From: Candidatus Nitrosopumilus brisbanensis
GTDB taxonomy: Archaea > Thermoproteota > Nitrososphaeria > Nitrososphaerales > Nitrosopumilaceae
Length of the DNA stretch: 64,000 bases
NCBI GenBank assembly: GCA_038152885.1
Contig: JAYOXR010000001.1
Location: 5,273 to 69,272, forward strand
Reading direction: 5' to 3'
The translations under genes and the position numbers were made by a program. Numbering within the stretch: position 1 is the stretch's first letter; each line of letters starts with the position of its first letter. This document shows, piece after piece, positions 36,715 through 47,020 of the stretch. The notes below the pieces were generated by a model. The model ran no database searches, was not told the DNA's origin, and was given only the letters and a program-made list of their open reading frames with translations.

Positions 36715-38225
36715 AAGTAAGAATTTTTGATACCACTTTAAGAGATGGAGAGCAAACAATCGGTGTCTCTTTATCGCCAGATCAAAAACTCTCAATTGCA
36801 AAAAAATTAGATGAATTAGGCGTAGATGCAATTGAAGCAGGATTTCCAGTAATTTCTGAAGGTGAATCAAAAGCAGTTAAGATGATCACTTCTGAGGGAT
36901 TATCTTGTGAAATTACTGGTCTTACTAGAACAATCAAAAAAGATATTGATGCTGCAGTTGACGCAGGTCTAAATTATATTCATACATTCATTGCTACATC
37001 TGATATTCATTTACAATACAAACTTCAAATGACAAGAGAACAAGCATTAGAAAAAGCAATTGAAGCAGTTGAATATGGTAAATCCCGTGGGTTACAAGTA
37101 GAATTTTCAGCAGAAGATGCATCTAGAACTGATAGGGAATTTTTGAAAAAAGTTTTTGGTGAAGTTGCAAAAGCTGGTGCAGATAGAGTCAACATTCCTG
37201 ATACTGTTGGTTATTCAACTCCTGAATATATGGCTCAAATAACTAAAGATACTATAGAGGCAACAAAACTTCCAGTCAGTGTTCATTGTCATAATGATTT
37301 TGGATTGGCTGTTGCAAATTCGTTGGCAGGAATTCATGCAGGTGCTGCATGTGCACATGTTACAATTAACGGAATTGGTGAACGTGCAGGCAATGCTTCT
37401 CTTGAAGAACTTTCTATGGCACTCAAATGTTTACCATATGATCAAAAATATGAAACTAATATCAAATCTGAATTAATTTATGAGACATCGCGATATATTT
37501 CAAAAACTGTTGGAATTATTGTCCAACCAAATAAAGCAATTGTAGGAGCAAATGCATTTGGCCATGAATCTGGTATTCACACTCATGGTGTTTTAAACAA
37601 TCCTCTAACCTATGAACCAATTAGCCCTGAATTAGTTGGAAGGAAGAGATGGCTTCAAGTAGGAAAACATGCAGGAATTCATGGAATGAATGCTATGCTT
37701 GCTGAATATGGTGTAAAACCAAGTGAATCTCAATCAAAACAAATTTTGGATAAGGTAAAAGTGATTGGTGATCAAGGAAAACAATTGACTGATGTTGAAC
37801 TTCTATCTATTGCTAGTGAAGTAATGGGTGATAAAGAATTAAAGCGATTAGTACAACTAACCGGATTTTCGGTATCTACTGGAATTGGAACAATGCCATA
37901 TGCATTTGTAAAATTAAATGTAAATGGAGAAGATCATGTTGGAACTGATTATGGTGTGGGTCCAGTTGACGCTGCTCTAAATGCAATTCAGAAAATTACT
38001 GGAAAACTTTCCGAAATCCGTATCAAAGATTATGGTCTGGCATCAATCAGCGGTGGTTCTAGTGCTTTATGTGAAGTAACTGTTAAAGTAGAAGATGCAA
38101 TGGGAAACAAAGTCTCAGCAAAATCTGTTGGTGAAGATATTGTAACTACTTCAGTCAAAGCTGTTATTGACGCTATAAACAGAATCATGCTAAAAAAAAT
38201 CCTACAAGAAAAACAAACTAACTAA
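36711..38225 (+). CDS. leuA: 2-isopropylmalate synthase (LeuA/CimA family)
   Basis: 504 aa with IFDTTLRDGEQ, HCHNDFGLAVANSLAG and a C-terminal LeuA-dimer regulatory domain. The TTG start overlaps the ilvN TGA (TTGA). Confidence 0.85.
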   Translation: MKVRIFDTTLRDGEQTIGVSLSPDQKLSIAKKLDELGVDAIEAGFPVISEGESKAVKMITSEGLSCEITGLTRTIKKDIDAAVDAGLNYIHTFIATSDIHLQYKLQMTREQALEKAIEAVEYGKSRGLQVEFSAEDASRTDREFLKKVFGEVAKAGADRVNIPDTVGYSTPEYMAQITKDTIEATKLPVSVHCHNDFGLAVANSLAGIHAGAACAHVTINGIGERAGNASLEELSMALKCLPYDQKYETNIKSELIYETSRYISKTVGIIVQPNKAIVGANAFGHESGIHTHGVLNNPLTYEPISPELVGRKRWLQVGKHAGIHGMNAMLAEYGVKPSESQSKQILDKVKVIGDQGKQLTDVELLSIASEVMGDKELKRLVQLTGFSVSTGIGTMPYAFVKLNVNGEDHVGTDYGVGPVDAALNAIQKITGKLSEIRIKDYGLASISGGSSALCEVTVKVEDAMGNKVSAKSVGEDIVTTSVKAVIDAINRIMLKKILQEKQTN

Positions 38226-38245
38226 AAAATATGTTTTGAATAATT

Positions 38246-39259
38246 ATGTATAAAATCTCCTTGATTACTGGTGATGGAATTGGTCCTGAATTATCTGAAT
38301 CAGCAATTTCAGTGCTTGAAACAATTCATGATAAAACTGATTTAAAATTTGATATACAAAAACTTCTTGCAGGAGATATTGCATTAAAACAAACTGGAAA
38401 TGCTTTACCTGAAGATACTGTAAAATCAATAAAAAATTCAGATGTATGTCTTAAAGCTCCTGTAGGTGAGAGCGCAGCAGATGTTATAGTTGTTTTAAGA
38501 CGAATGTTTGATTTGTATGCAAATATTCGTCCGGCAAAATCATATCCACAAATGCCTGCATTAAGAGATGATATTGATATGGTGATAGTAAGAGAAAATA
38601 CTGAAGATCTGTATACTGGGAAAGAATTTCGTCTTGATGATGCTGCTGTTGCTCTGAGAATTATCTCAAAAAAGGCATCCACAAGAATTGCCAAATATGC
38701 ATTTGAAACTGCAGTTCAAAGAAACAATATGAAAAAAGTCACATGTGTACACAAATCAAATGTAATGCGTGTAACTGATACACTTTTTGCTGATTCTTGT
38801 AAGGAAATTGCCAGAGAGTATCCTCAGATAGAATTTGAAGAGATGTATGTTGATGCATGCGCTATGAATCTGATTAGACAACCACAAAAATTTGATGTAA
38901 TTGTCACTACTAATCTATTTGGCGACATTCTATCTGATGAATCGTCTCAAGTTGTTGGAGGATTAGGCATGGCACCTGCAGCTAATATTGGAGATAATTT
39001 TGCATTGTTTGAACCCGTTCATGGTGCAGCATTTGATATCGCAGGACAAAATATTGCAAATCCTTCATCATTTCTTTTATCATTAAAAATGATGTTTGAT
39101 TGGTTGGGCAAGAAAAACAATGATTCAAAATGTTTTGATGTTGGTGCAAAAATTGAATCAGTAATTTTTGATCTAGTCAAAAAGGGTTTGAAAACCAAAG
39201 ATATTGGTGGAGATAAAACCACTTCTGAATTTACAAGAGAAATTACAAAATTACTCTAG
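38246..39259 (+). CDS. leuB: 3-isopropylmalate dehydrogenase (beta-decarboxylating dehydrogenase family)
   Basis: 337 aa with ITGDGIGPE, VRENTEDLY and NLFGDILSDE signatures. Confidence 0.85.
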   Translation: MYKISLITGDGIGPELSESAISVLETIHDKTDLKFDIQKLLAGDIALKQTGNALPEDTVKSIKNSDVCLKAPVGESAADVIVVLRRMFDLYANIRPAKSYPQMPALRDDIDMVIVRENTEDLYTGKEFRLDDAAVALRIISKKASTRIAKYAFETAVQRNNMKKVTCVHKSNVMRVTDTLFADSCKEIAREYPQIEFEEMYVDACAMNLIRQPQKFDVIVTTNLFGDILSDESSQVVGGLGMAPAANIGDNFALFEPVHGAAFDIAGQNIANPSSFLLSLKMMFDWLGKKNNDSKCFDVGAKIESVIFDLVKKGLKTKDIGGDKTTSEFTREITKLL

Positions 39260-39612
39260 TCTTTTTTTCTTTTTAAATCTGATTTTGGTGGATTCAATGA
39301 CCAAAAAAATAACGCTAAACAGATTGGAATCATAATTAGTAATGCTGCAACAACTGAAATTGCATAAAAGTTAGGATCAAGTCCTGGTAAAAATGGTCCT
39401 GGAAAAACTGCATAAAACCACAAACAACCAATAAAAATTAAAACAACTTTATTCCTCTTGATGATTTTCTTCCATCCTAGTTTTCTTTTTTTAATGTAGC
39501 ATTCTTTACATCTTGTTCTGTCGTCTACCATACATGATGTACAGCAATCCCTTTCACAAAAATAGCATACTCTATCTCCAAAATTTGAACCACAAAAATC
39601 ACATTTGTACAC
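39256..39612 (-). CDS. membrane protein with N-terminal Cys-rich zinc-ribbon region
   Basis: 118 aa with CDFCG...CYFCERDCCTSC...CKEC followed by two predicted TM helices. It overlaps the leuB stop by 4 nt in convergent orientation. Confidence 0.5.
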   Translation of the reverse strand: MYKCDFCGSNFGDRVCYFCERDCCTSCMVDDRTRCKECYIKKRKLGWKKIIKRNKVVLIFIGCLWFYAVFPGPFLPGLDPNFYAISVVAALLIMIPICLALFFWSLNPPKSDLKRKKD

Positions 39613-39691
39613 TATACTAGATCCTCATCTTTGAATTTATCTCTTTTTCAAAATTCCTAATTTTTATTAATTAGATACCATTTAATTTTTT

Positions 39692-39823
39692 ATGGTTAAA
39701 TGTTGTATTTGTAAACTCGCTGAAGGTACCTTAAAAATTAAAGAAGGAAATCCAAAATACAAAGGTAAACCTATCTGTAAAGAATGTCAGGGTTACAGAA
39801 AATTATTACTTGAAACCAAATAA
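39692..39823 (+). CDS. small zinc-ribbon protein (43 aa)
   Basis: Below the ORF-track size cutoff. ATG 39692 encodes MVKCCICKLAEGTLKIKEGNPKYKGKPICKECQGYRKLLLETK and ends at TAA 39821-39823. The CxxC...CxxC module resembles the repeats in ORF 62920-63330. Confidence 0.35.
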   Translation: MVKCCICKLAEGTLKIKEGNPKYKGKPICKECQGYRKLLLETK

Positions 39824-39824
39824 T

Positions 39825-40070
39825 TTACTCTGATTTTGATTTGTTTTTATTCACCCAATCTTCGTACATTTTGATTAATTCATCAACATCTTGCCCATTT
39901 TCAGAATATGTTACAATAACTCCAAAGTTTCCTTTTGTATCGTGACCTCTGGCAAAATATCCCCAGAATTCATCTGGTAGTTTCACAAAACTCTTTGAGT
40001 CATGTGATACTCCAATCAAATTATTGCCAATTACTTCTAGGACTTTTTTTGCATCTTCTTTTTCAATCAT
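39825..40070 (-). CDS. hypothetical protein
   Basis: 81-aa ORF with no motif. Confidence 0.4.
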   Translation of the reverse strand: MIEKEDAKKVLEVIGNNLIGVSHDSKSFVKLPDEFWGYFARGHDTKGNFGVIVTYSENGQDVDELIKMYEDWVNKNKSKSE

Positions 40071-40109
40071 ATTTTCTTCTAAATTTGAAATAATAAAAAT
40101 CTGAATGAA

Positions 40110-41396
40110 TTATGGGTGTAATCTATCGGGATCTCTTGGATAAAGTACTACTTCACGTACATTATCAATTCCAATCAATGTAGTCATCAGTCTGTCTAAT
40201 CCCATTCCCCAACCAGAATGTGGCGGCATTCCCCAATCAAATGCTTTCAAATGGTCTCCAAATTGACTAGGGTCAAGACCTTGTTCCTTCAATCTGTTTC
40301 TAAGCATTTCTGGATTATGAAGTCTGGTTCCTCCTGAGGAAAGTTCTAGATATCCAAATTGTAAATCAAACGAGCGTGAAAGTGTTGGGTCTTCATCTTT
40401 TGCTCTAATGTAAAATGGTTTTAGTTTTAGTGGCCAATCTGTCAAGAAGAAAAATCCCGGATGTTTTTCACCAATTATTCTGAGATGAGAGTCTAACAAG
40501 TCATCACCAAACTCAATCTTTTCACCTTCACTTTTTAATTCCTCAACACATTGATTGTATGTAACTCGTTCAAACGGTGATTTTGGAACTTCAATTTTAT
40601 GACCTATAGTTTCTTGTTCTTGTTTACAATTCTCTGAAGTGTACTTGTAAACCTCCATGACAAGAGATTCTAAAACATCCATCACATCACTATAATCCAT
40701 AAATGCTGCTTCGATGTCAATGCTTGTAAATTCACTCAGGTGTCTTCCTGTATGAGAATTTTCAGCTCTGTAGAAATTTGAAATCTCAAATACTCTTTCT
40801 AAACCAATTGTCATTTGCTCTTTGTATAGTTGTGGGCTTTGTGCAAGGTATGCCTTTTTCCCAAAATATTCCAGTGAGAAAAGATTTGCTCCTCCTTCAC
40901 TAGCACTTCCTATAATTTTAGGTGTTGTTATCTCAAGAAACTTTTTCTCAGATAATGTTTTTCGTAATGACTGAAGTACATAATGTCTCAATTTAAAAAT
41001 CGATGCAGTTTTTTGATTTCTCATATCTAACGCTCTATGGTTTAATCTTGTGTCAATGTTGCTTTCAACTCTGCCAATTGGGTCCACAGGTAGTGGATGA
41101 ATTGCTTTTCCTAAAACTTCAATCTCTTCAGCATTAATCTCAAATTTGAAATCTCTTGCTTTAGTTTCTTGTACAATTCCTTTAATGCTTACTACACTTT
41201 GTCTGTTGATTTCTCCAAGATTTTCATTCAATTGTCCCTTGACAATTATTTGGGAAATTCCAGAAATATCTCTTAATGTAATAAAAGACATTTTTCCTAA
41301 TTTTCTTAAATCTTCAATCCAACCTCCTAATACCACCTGTTTTCCTATTAGTTCTGATGATAATTCTGAAATATCATGTGTTTTGACAAAAACCAT
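40110..41396 (-). CDS. aspS: aspartyl-tRNA synthetase, archaeal type
   Basis: 428 aa with an N-terminal OB fold and class II motifs ([33 protein letters not shown]). Confidence 0.93.
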   Translation of the reverse strand: MVFVKTHDISELSSELIGKQVVLGGWIEDLRKLGKMSFITLRDISGISQIIVKGQLNENLGEINRQSVVSIKGIVQETKARDFKFEINAEEIEVLGKAIHPLPVDPIGRVESNIDTRLNHRALDMRNQKTASIFKLRHYVLQSLRKTLSEKKFLEITTPKIIGSASEGGANLFSLEYFGKKAYLAQSPQLYKEQMTIGLERVFEISNFYRAENSHTGRHLSEFTSIDIEAAFMDYSDVMDVLESLVMEVYKYTSENCKQEQETIGHKIEVPKSPFERVTYNQCVEELKSEGEKIEFGDDLLDSHLRIIGEKHPGFFFLTDWPLKLKPFYIRAKDEDPTLSRSFDLQFGYLELSSGGTRLHNPEMLRNRLKEQGLDPSQFGDHLKAFDWGMPPHSGWGMGLDRLMTTLIGIDNVREVVLYPRDPDRLHP

Positions 41397-41401
41397 TTTT
41401 C

Positions 41402-41917
41402 TTACCTTTTCTGTACCTCAAATTCTATATCAATGTCAAGGTTTCGGGCTTTTTTTACAATTTCCTTGACATGATCTATATTTATTGGAAATTTGGAGGT
41501 CCATCTGCCTGAAACAACTGCTTTTGTTTTTTGTAATCCTCCTGGTGCCCATACTGAATTGATAGATAGGATTTTTGTTGGAAAAAACAAATCCTCGATA
41601 AATTGTTTATCTGACTCATTTGCTTCAACCAGCCAAATTTTTCCCTTAAATTGCTCCTGTAATGCTCTATACAGAGTTCTACTTTGTCTGATCCTAATTA
41701 TGTCCTCCTTTGCAAGTGAAATTACATAATTTCCTTGAAATTCTTTACATGAAAACAATGAAAAATTATCAACATCTGAAACTGTTTTTGCAGTTTTTGC
41801 AAGAATAAATGATGCTTCAATATCTGACTTGGAAATTTTTCCAGATTCCAATTTTGTTTCACACTGTGGGCATAATACCTGATTTTTTGCATCAAAAATA
41901 CATATTGGAAGCATCAT
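41402..41917 (-). CDS. NusA-like KH-fold protein with N-terminal zinc ribbon (tentative)
   Basis: 171 aa. It has a CPQC ribbon at the N-terminus, and the KGKIWLVEANESDKQFIEDLFFPTKILSINSV segment resembles archaeal NusA-type KH modules. The GxxG loop is not evident. Confidence 0.3.
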   Translation of the reverse strand: MMLPICIFDAKNQVLCPQCETKLESGKISKSDIEASFILAKTAKTVSDVDNFSLFSCKEFQGNYVISLAKEDIIRIRQSRTLYRALQEQFKGKIWLVEANESDKQFIEDLFFPTKILSINSVWAPGGLQKTKAVVSGRWTSKFPINIDHVKEIVKKARNLDIDIEFEVQKR

Positions 41918-41999
41918 TTGAATCGATTTTTTTAATTTTAGTGATGTTGTTTATATCCTTAGTGACTGATAAGATTCTGTAATCTTATGTAAAACAAAA

Positions 42000-42962
42000 A
42001 TGTCAGTATTTCATAATAATGATATGAAATTTCTTGATGTATCTTCTCTTTCAACACAATACCGCACTCAAAAAGAATCCATTTATGCAGTGACTAATGT
42101 TGATTTTTCAATTACTTCTGGAGAATCAATCGGAATTGCAGGTGAAAGTGCATGTGGAAAAAGTACATTGGGATTATCTTTAATCCGATCTATACAAAAT
42201 GGGGATTCAGAGGGTAAAATAATTTTTAATGGTGAAGATTTGCTATCTATCTCTGAACAAGAATTTAGTGAGAAATTTAGATGGAAAGAAATTTCTATGA
42301 TTTTTCAAGGAGCAATGAATTCTCTGGATCCTGTTTTTACTATCAATGAACAATTTTTGGAAATTTTAACTCAACATCATTTTTCAGGTAACAAAGAAAA
42401 ACTAATTGAAGACTCGCTTGAATCTGTTAATTTATCCCATGATATCCTTTCCAAGTATCCTCATGAACTAAGCGGTGGTATGAAACAAAGAGTAATTATT
42501 GCTATGGCATTAATTTTATCTCCCAAATTTGTTATTGCTGATGAACCTACTACTGCTTTAGATGTCCTAACTCAAGCTCAAATCATTAACACATTAAAAA
42601 AATTAAAAGCTAAAGGTATGTCTTTCATGTTTATCACTCATGATTTAGGAGTCTTATCTGAAATTTCTGATAAAATTGGAATTATGTATGGTGGAAACAT
42701 GGTTGAATTTGGCTCATTAGATGATGTTTTCTCTAATCCAAAACATCCGTATACTCAAGGATTATTGAAATCAATTCCAACTCTTAATGGTCAAAAACCT
42801 CAATCAATAGAAGGAGTTCCTCCAAGTTTAAACATGATACCTACTAAGTGTCAATTTGTTGATAGATGTCCTCATGCTTTTGAGAAATGTGAATCAATTC
42901 CTCCAAAGTTCATAACAGAAACTGGATATGTTAGATGCTGGTTATATGACGAGAAAGAATAA
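42000..42962 (+). CDS. ABC transporter ATP-binding protein, oligopeptide/dipeptide (OppD/DppD) type
   Basis: 320 aa with Walker A GESACGKST, the signature LSGGMKQR, Walker B VIADEPTTALD and a C-terminal HPYTQGLL oligopeptide-type extension. Confidence 0.85.
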   Translation: MSVFHNNDMKFLDVSSLSTQYRTQKESIYAVTNVDFSITSGESIGIAGESACGKSTLGLSLIRSIQNGDSEGKIIFNGEDLLSISEQEFSEKFRWKEISMIFQGAMNSLDPVFTINEQFLEILTQHHFSGNKEKLIEDSLESVNLSHDILSKYPHELSGGMKQRVIIAMALILSPKFVIADEPTTALDVLTQAQIINTLKKLKAKGMSFMFITHDLGVLSEISDKIGIMYGGNMVEFGSLDDVFSNPKHPYTQGLLKSIPTLNGQKPQSIEGVPPSLNMIPTKCQFVDRCPHAFEKCESIPPKFITETGYVRCWLYDEKE

Positions 42963-42964
42963 TT

Positions 42965-43255
42965 TTATTTTTTAAGATATTTCTCATCAATTTTATGCAA
43001 ATATATTTCCTGAATTTTTGAAATTTCTCTTTGTGTTGTGTTTTTTGAAATCATTTTAAGATATTCTACAAAATCTTTATCTTTTGATTTTTGTTCAAAC
43101 TCTTCGATTTTTTTAACTGCTTTTTGTTCAAATTCCATAATCATTCGTAATTCATTGCTAATCTCTTCTACTTCCATATCTTCATAATTTTTTGATTTTG
43201 TTTTAATAAATGAAATTTCATCTATTATTTTTTCAATTTCATTTGTATCTGTCAC
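42965..43255 (-). CDS. hypothetical coiled-coil protein
   Basis: 96 aa, rich in charged residues with heptad periodicity. Confidence 0.4.
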   Translation of the reverse strand: MTDTNEIEKIIDEISFIKTKSKNYEDMEVEEISNELRMIMEFEQKAVKKIEEFEQKSKDKDFVEYLKMISKNTTQREISKIQEIYLHKIDEKYLKK

Positions 43256-43383
43256 AGCTTTTCTTACTTTTTCTAATAAAAATAAGTTAAGATTGATTAT
43301 TTTTTTTATGCTCCAGAATATGTTTTAGACCTTCAGACATGTTTAGTGAGTCTAGATTAATCTCACAGTAAGGGCATTTCAAT

Positions 43384-43767
43384 TTATGAGAATTTCTTTA
43401 CAACTGGGAGACATGCATCAATTATTCGTAACATTTCTGATCTGATGACTTTTTTATCAATTGATACCCATACTCTGGATTTTTTTATTGCAAATGAAAT
43501 GGTTTGTACTTTCTTTCTTTCTTCCCACACAAATTCTATTTCTCCAAGATTCTTATCAAAAAATCCTTCAAGGTCTGTTTTAATTGCAATGTGAGAAAAT
43601 TGATACTGAGTATTTTTTTCATTAAGAAGTGGAACTAAATCTGTTCTTCTTTTATACGCTAACAACTCGCCGCTTTCACCAATTACGCCTACAAATCTAA
43701 TATATGGACTAATTTTTGCTATAGAGTCACAGATTTCTTGCTGATCTTTTTTTACCATGTCTGTCAT
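43384..43767 (-). CDS. hypothetical protein (possibly roadblock/LC7-like fold)
   Basis: 127 aa. The alpha-beta pattern IRFVGVIGESGELLAY is weakly reminiscent of roadblock domains. Confidence 0.35.
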   Translation of the reverse strand: MTDMVKKDQQEICDSIAKISPYIRFVGVIGESGELLAYKRRTDLVPLLNEKNTQYQFSHIAIKTDLEGFFDKNLGEIEFVWEERKKVQTISFAIKKSRVWVSIDKKVIRSEMLRIIDACLPVVKKFS

Positions 43768-43841
43768 TCAAAAATTAGATATTTTAATGATCCTAGAATG
43801 ATTTTGGGTTTAATTAAATATCTCGTGTAGAAACAATTCAT

Positions 43842-44486
43842 GTGGATCTTGTTGATTTATTCCCTTTTGCTCCTGAATTAGGATATCTCAGTTTAGCATT
43901 GGTTAATTTTTTTGGTTCTTTGGTTCCATTCATACCATTACCAGGATTCTTGTTATTGGCAACCATGGCAGTTGGTGACCAATTCGATCTTCATATTCTA
44001 GCACTACTTTCTGCAATAACTGCTACAATTGCAAAACAAATTATTTTCTATGTAAGCTATGGGGGAAGAAAAATTATTGCAGAAAAAACAAGAAAACGAA
44101 TGCGCCCTTTTGAACGTCTTGTCAAAAGATATGGTGCCGCCGCCGCATTCTTTGCAGCTGCTACTCCTATTCCTGATGATTTGGTTTATGTTCCATTAGG
44201 TTTAGCAAAGTATAATCCAAAAAGATTTTTTGTGGCAACTTTGGCTGGAAAAATTGTCTTAAGTTACATCATTGTAGCTATCTCACATTATCTAGGATTT
44301 TCTCTTGTTGAACCATTTTTAGAAAATATTGATGATTCTACTCCCATCTACATTGGAATTATTGTTTTTGGAATAAGTATGGCTGCGGTAATTATTTTGC
44401 TTTTAAGATTAGATTGGACTAGGATTTTAGGTCGTTTTGCACCATGGACATTAGTTGATGATGAAGATTCTAAAAAATCATCTTGA
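43842..44486 (+). CDS. DedA/VTT (SNARE-associated) family membrane protein
   Basis: 214 aa with GTG start and multiple TM helices. It has the VTT-like PIPDDLVYVPLGLAK motif. Confidence 0.6.
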   Translation: MDLVDLFPFAPELGYLSLALVNFFGSLVPFIPLPGFLLLATMAVGDQFDLHILALLSAITATIAKQIIFYVSYGGRKIIAEKTRKRMRPFERLVKRYGAAAAFFAAATPIPDDLVYVPLGLAKYNPKRFFVATLAGKIVLSYIIVAISHYLGFSLVEPFLENIDDSTPIYIGIIVFGISMAAVIILLLRLDWTRILGRFAPWTLVDDEDSKKSS

Positions 44487-45027
44487 AATTCCATTTTTTT
44501 TCTGTAGCTACACTGATTCCTATCCTAGGTGAAGATGTGATTTTTTCAGGAGTAACTCCGTTTGTAATGAATAATTTTGAATTATTTACAAGATCTACTC
44601 CGTTATCTTCTTTGGAAATTTTTAATGCTTGAGTCAATTTTGCAGGACCGTTTGAGATGTTTTTCAAATCATTGATTTTTCTGTTCTTAATCATTTGATC
44701 AATTCCGTCTACTGGTATTATAGAACGAATAAGGACCGCCCCTGCTTTGTAATTTTTACTTCTTCCTACAACATTAAAACAAAAATGCATTCCATATGTG
44801 AAATAAACATAGGCAAAACCTACCTCGCCAAACATTGGTTTATTTCTATTTGAGATTTTTTTATATGCATGACTTGCAGGATCATCTGATGCCCTGTATG
44901 CTTCGGTTTCTGAAATAATTCCTGATAAAATTTTATCATTTGAAATTCTCACAATTTTCATTCCTAGCAAATTTTTTGCTAGTTGAAGTGTATTGTTGCA
45001 ATAAAATTCTCTAGGAAGAGATTTCAA
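44470..45027 (-). CDS. mpg: DNA-3-methyladenine glycosylase (Mpg/AAG family)
   Basis: 185 aa. ETEAYRASDDPASHAY...RNKPMFGEVGFAYVYFTYGMHFCFNVV is the family signature. Confidence 0.88.
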   Translation of the reverse strand: MKSLPREFYCNNTLQLAKNLLGMKIVRISNDKILSGIISETEAYRASDDPASHAYKKISNRNKPMFGEVGFAYVYFTYGMHFCFNVVGRSKNYKAGAVLIRSIIPVDGIDQMIKNRKINDLKNISNGPAKLTQALKISKEDNGVDLVNNSKLFITNGVTPEKITSSPRIGISVATEKKWNFKMIF

Positions 45028-45604
45028 TATCTATTGAAACCTCCAATGATTTTTTTAAATTATCTACTAGCGAAAATAGTCGTTCTATATCTTCATCTAG
45101 AACTTGAATTAATTTTTGATTATAGATAGTTGCAGCAGGATGAATTGTAAGAAAATAGATTTGATTATTTTTTCTAACTGTTTTACCTCTAAATTTGGTA
45201 ATTTCTCCGCCTCCTAACATGGAATTAAATGCGGTATTCCCCAAAATACAAATAATTTTTGGTTGAATGATCTTAATTTCATTTTCAATGTAATCTTGAC
45301 ATGCTTTTCGCTCTTCGTCAATAGGAACTCGATTTGAGGGTGGTCTACATTTTACTACATTTGTAATATAGACATCTTTTCTTTCAATTCCTGTTTTTTT
45401 TAATGCCTCTTCAAGTCTTTTTCCAGCAGCGCCCACAAATGGTTCTCCATTTTTATCTTCATTTCTACCAGGTGCCTCACCAATCAAAATTACATCTGCC
45501 TTGAAATTTCCTTTTCCAGGAACTGAATTTGTTCTAGTTTCACTCAATTTGCATTTTTTACAATTAATTACTTGTTGTTTTATTCTCTCAATTGTATTAT
45601 TCAT
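45011..45604 (-). CDS. udg: uracil-DNA glycosylase, family 4
   Basis: 197 aa with [33 protein letters not shown] and HPAA motifs. It overlaps the mpg start by 17 nt. Confidence 0.9.
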   Translation of the reverse strand: MNNTIERIKQQVINCKKCKLSETRTNSVPGKGNFKADVILIGEAPGRNEDKNGEPFVGAAGKRLEEALKKTGIERKDVYITNVVKCRPPSNRVPIDEERKACQDYIENEIKIIQPKIICILGNTAFNSMLGGGEITKFRGKTVRKNNQIYFLTIHPAATIYNQKLIQVLDEDIERLFSLVDNLKKSLEVSIDIEISS

Positions 45605-47020
45605 TTAATCCACACTCTTTACAGTTGCTTTTCCTCTTATTGATGGTCCCCCATTTCCCATTATCATTGATTGCATTGGATCACCTTTTCCACAATTAAC
45701 GATTGGTCTTACTGTAAAATCATCTCCACAGGCATCAATTGAATTAAAAAATTCAGGAGCGGTGCCCATCACGATTACATCCCTTAGTAAATCTGTAATT
45801 TCACCATTTTCAATTTTATTTGCATATTGACATGATATGCTCCAATTATATCGATTCATATCTATTGATGGAATTTTCATATCTGAAATCAAATATCCAT
45901 CCTTAACCTCGCTTATCATCTCATCAACCTTGTAATCTCCTTGTCCAATACATGTACATGCCATTCTGATTAGAGGAACATATCTAAAATTGGTGGCTCT
46001 CATATTTCCAGTCGGTTCTGTATTGAAAATTTTTGAAGTTTCTCTACTTTGAAAATGCTTTTTCAAAACTCCTTTTTCGATTATGTCTGTTCTTTTTGTT
46101 TCGACTCCTTCGTCATCAAAATAATACCATCCTAACGTTTTTTCTAATGTCGGATCATCAAAAACATTAAGAAATTCCGAACCAATTTTTTCATTGAGTT
46201 TTCCTTTCCACCATGACCCCCCTGCCCATGCAATCTCTTTACCTAGAACTCGATCTCCTTCAGATGGGTGCCCTAGAATTTCATGGGTTAATAGTGCAAC
46301 AAAATCTGGATTCATCACAACTGATGCATTTTCTTCTTTGATTGTTTTTGCAGAAAGTAATTCAACTGATTTTGAGGCTATTCTTTTGGCTGTTTCAAAT
46401 ATCTTATTTTTGCCTGTGATTAATTCTAATCCTCCTCTACCTCCTTCTGTGGCATTTATTGATTGTGTAATGCCTTCTTCATGGGCAATCACATTTATTT
46501 CAAAAACTACATCTGAAAATTTTTGAATTATTTCACTTCCTTCTGAATTGATAAAAATTTTTGTATTATCTGTGAACCATGGATTAATTATGGACTTTTT
46601 AATTTTTTTATATTCGTGAATTATGTGGCTGCATTCCTTGGAAATTTTTATAATCTCATCAATATTGGGTTTTTCCTTTAATGAATAATCAATTTCAGTT
46701 TTTGTGATGGGTATAGATGTAATGTTTTTTTTATTATTTTTATTTTGATTACTTTCTGAATTTTTAAAAATCGTATCTAAATTTGATTCAATTTGATCAT
46801 AGTTTATTGGATCTGAAATTGAAAAAAAATGCCATGTGTTATTTTTTAAAAATTTTATTCCATATCCAACATCTCTTTCTGATTTAATTGATTCAATCTC
46901 ATTATTTTCAAACAAACATGATTTTCTTTCTTTTTCTTCAAATCTTACATCACAATAATCAATTGAATATTTCTTACTTCTTTCAATAATTTTATTTGAT
47001 ACTTGAATCGGTTCTAGCAT
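45605..47020 (-). CDS. TldD/PmbA-family metalloprotease
   Basis: 471 aa with a [11 protein letters not shown] zinc site and a Gly-rich C-terminal region. Its stop abuts the udg start. Confidence 0.85.
   Translation of the reverse strand: MLEPIQVSNKIIERSKKYSIDYCDVRFEEKERKSCLFENNEIESIKSERDVGYGIKFLKNNTWHFFSISDPINYDQIESNLDTIFKNSESNQNKNNKKNITSIPITKTEIDYSLKEKPNIDEIIKISKECSHIIHEYKKIKKSIINPWFTDNTKIFINSEGSEIIQKFSDVVFEINVIAHEEGITQSINATEGGRGGLELITGKNKIFETAKRIASKSVELLSAKTIKEENASVVMNPDFVALLTHEILGHPSEGDRVLGKEIAWAGGSWWKGKLNEKIGSEFLNVFDDPTLEKTLGWYYFDDEGVETKRTDIIEKGVLKKHFQSRETSKIFNTEPTGNMRATNFRYVPLIRMACTCIGQGDYKVDEMISEVKDGYLISDMKIPSIDMNRYNWSISCQYANKIENGEITDLLRDVIVMGTAPEFFNSIDACGDDFTVRPIVNCGKGDPMQSMIMGNGGPSIRGKATVKSVD

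Noticed and set aside
43287-43382. 31-codon minus-strand ORF (TTG)KCPYCEINLDSLNMSEGLKHILEHKKNNQS with a C-x2-C ... H-x3-H pattern, starting 1 nt after the stop of ORF 43384-43767.
   Set aside because: It requires a TTG start, is very short, and its C-to-H spacing (14) is off the C2H2 consensus. It cannot be supported without conservation or expression data.
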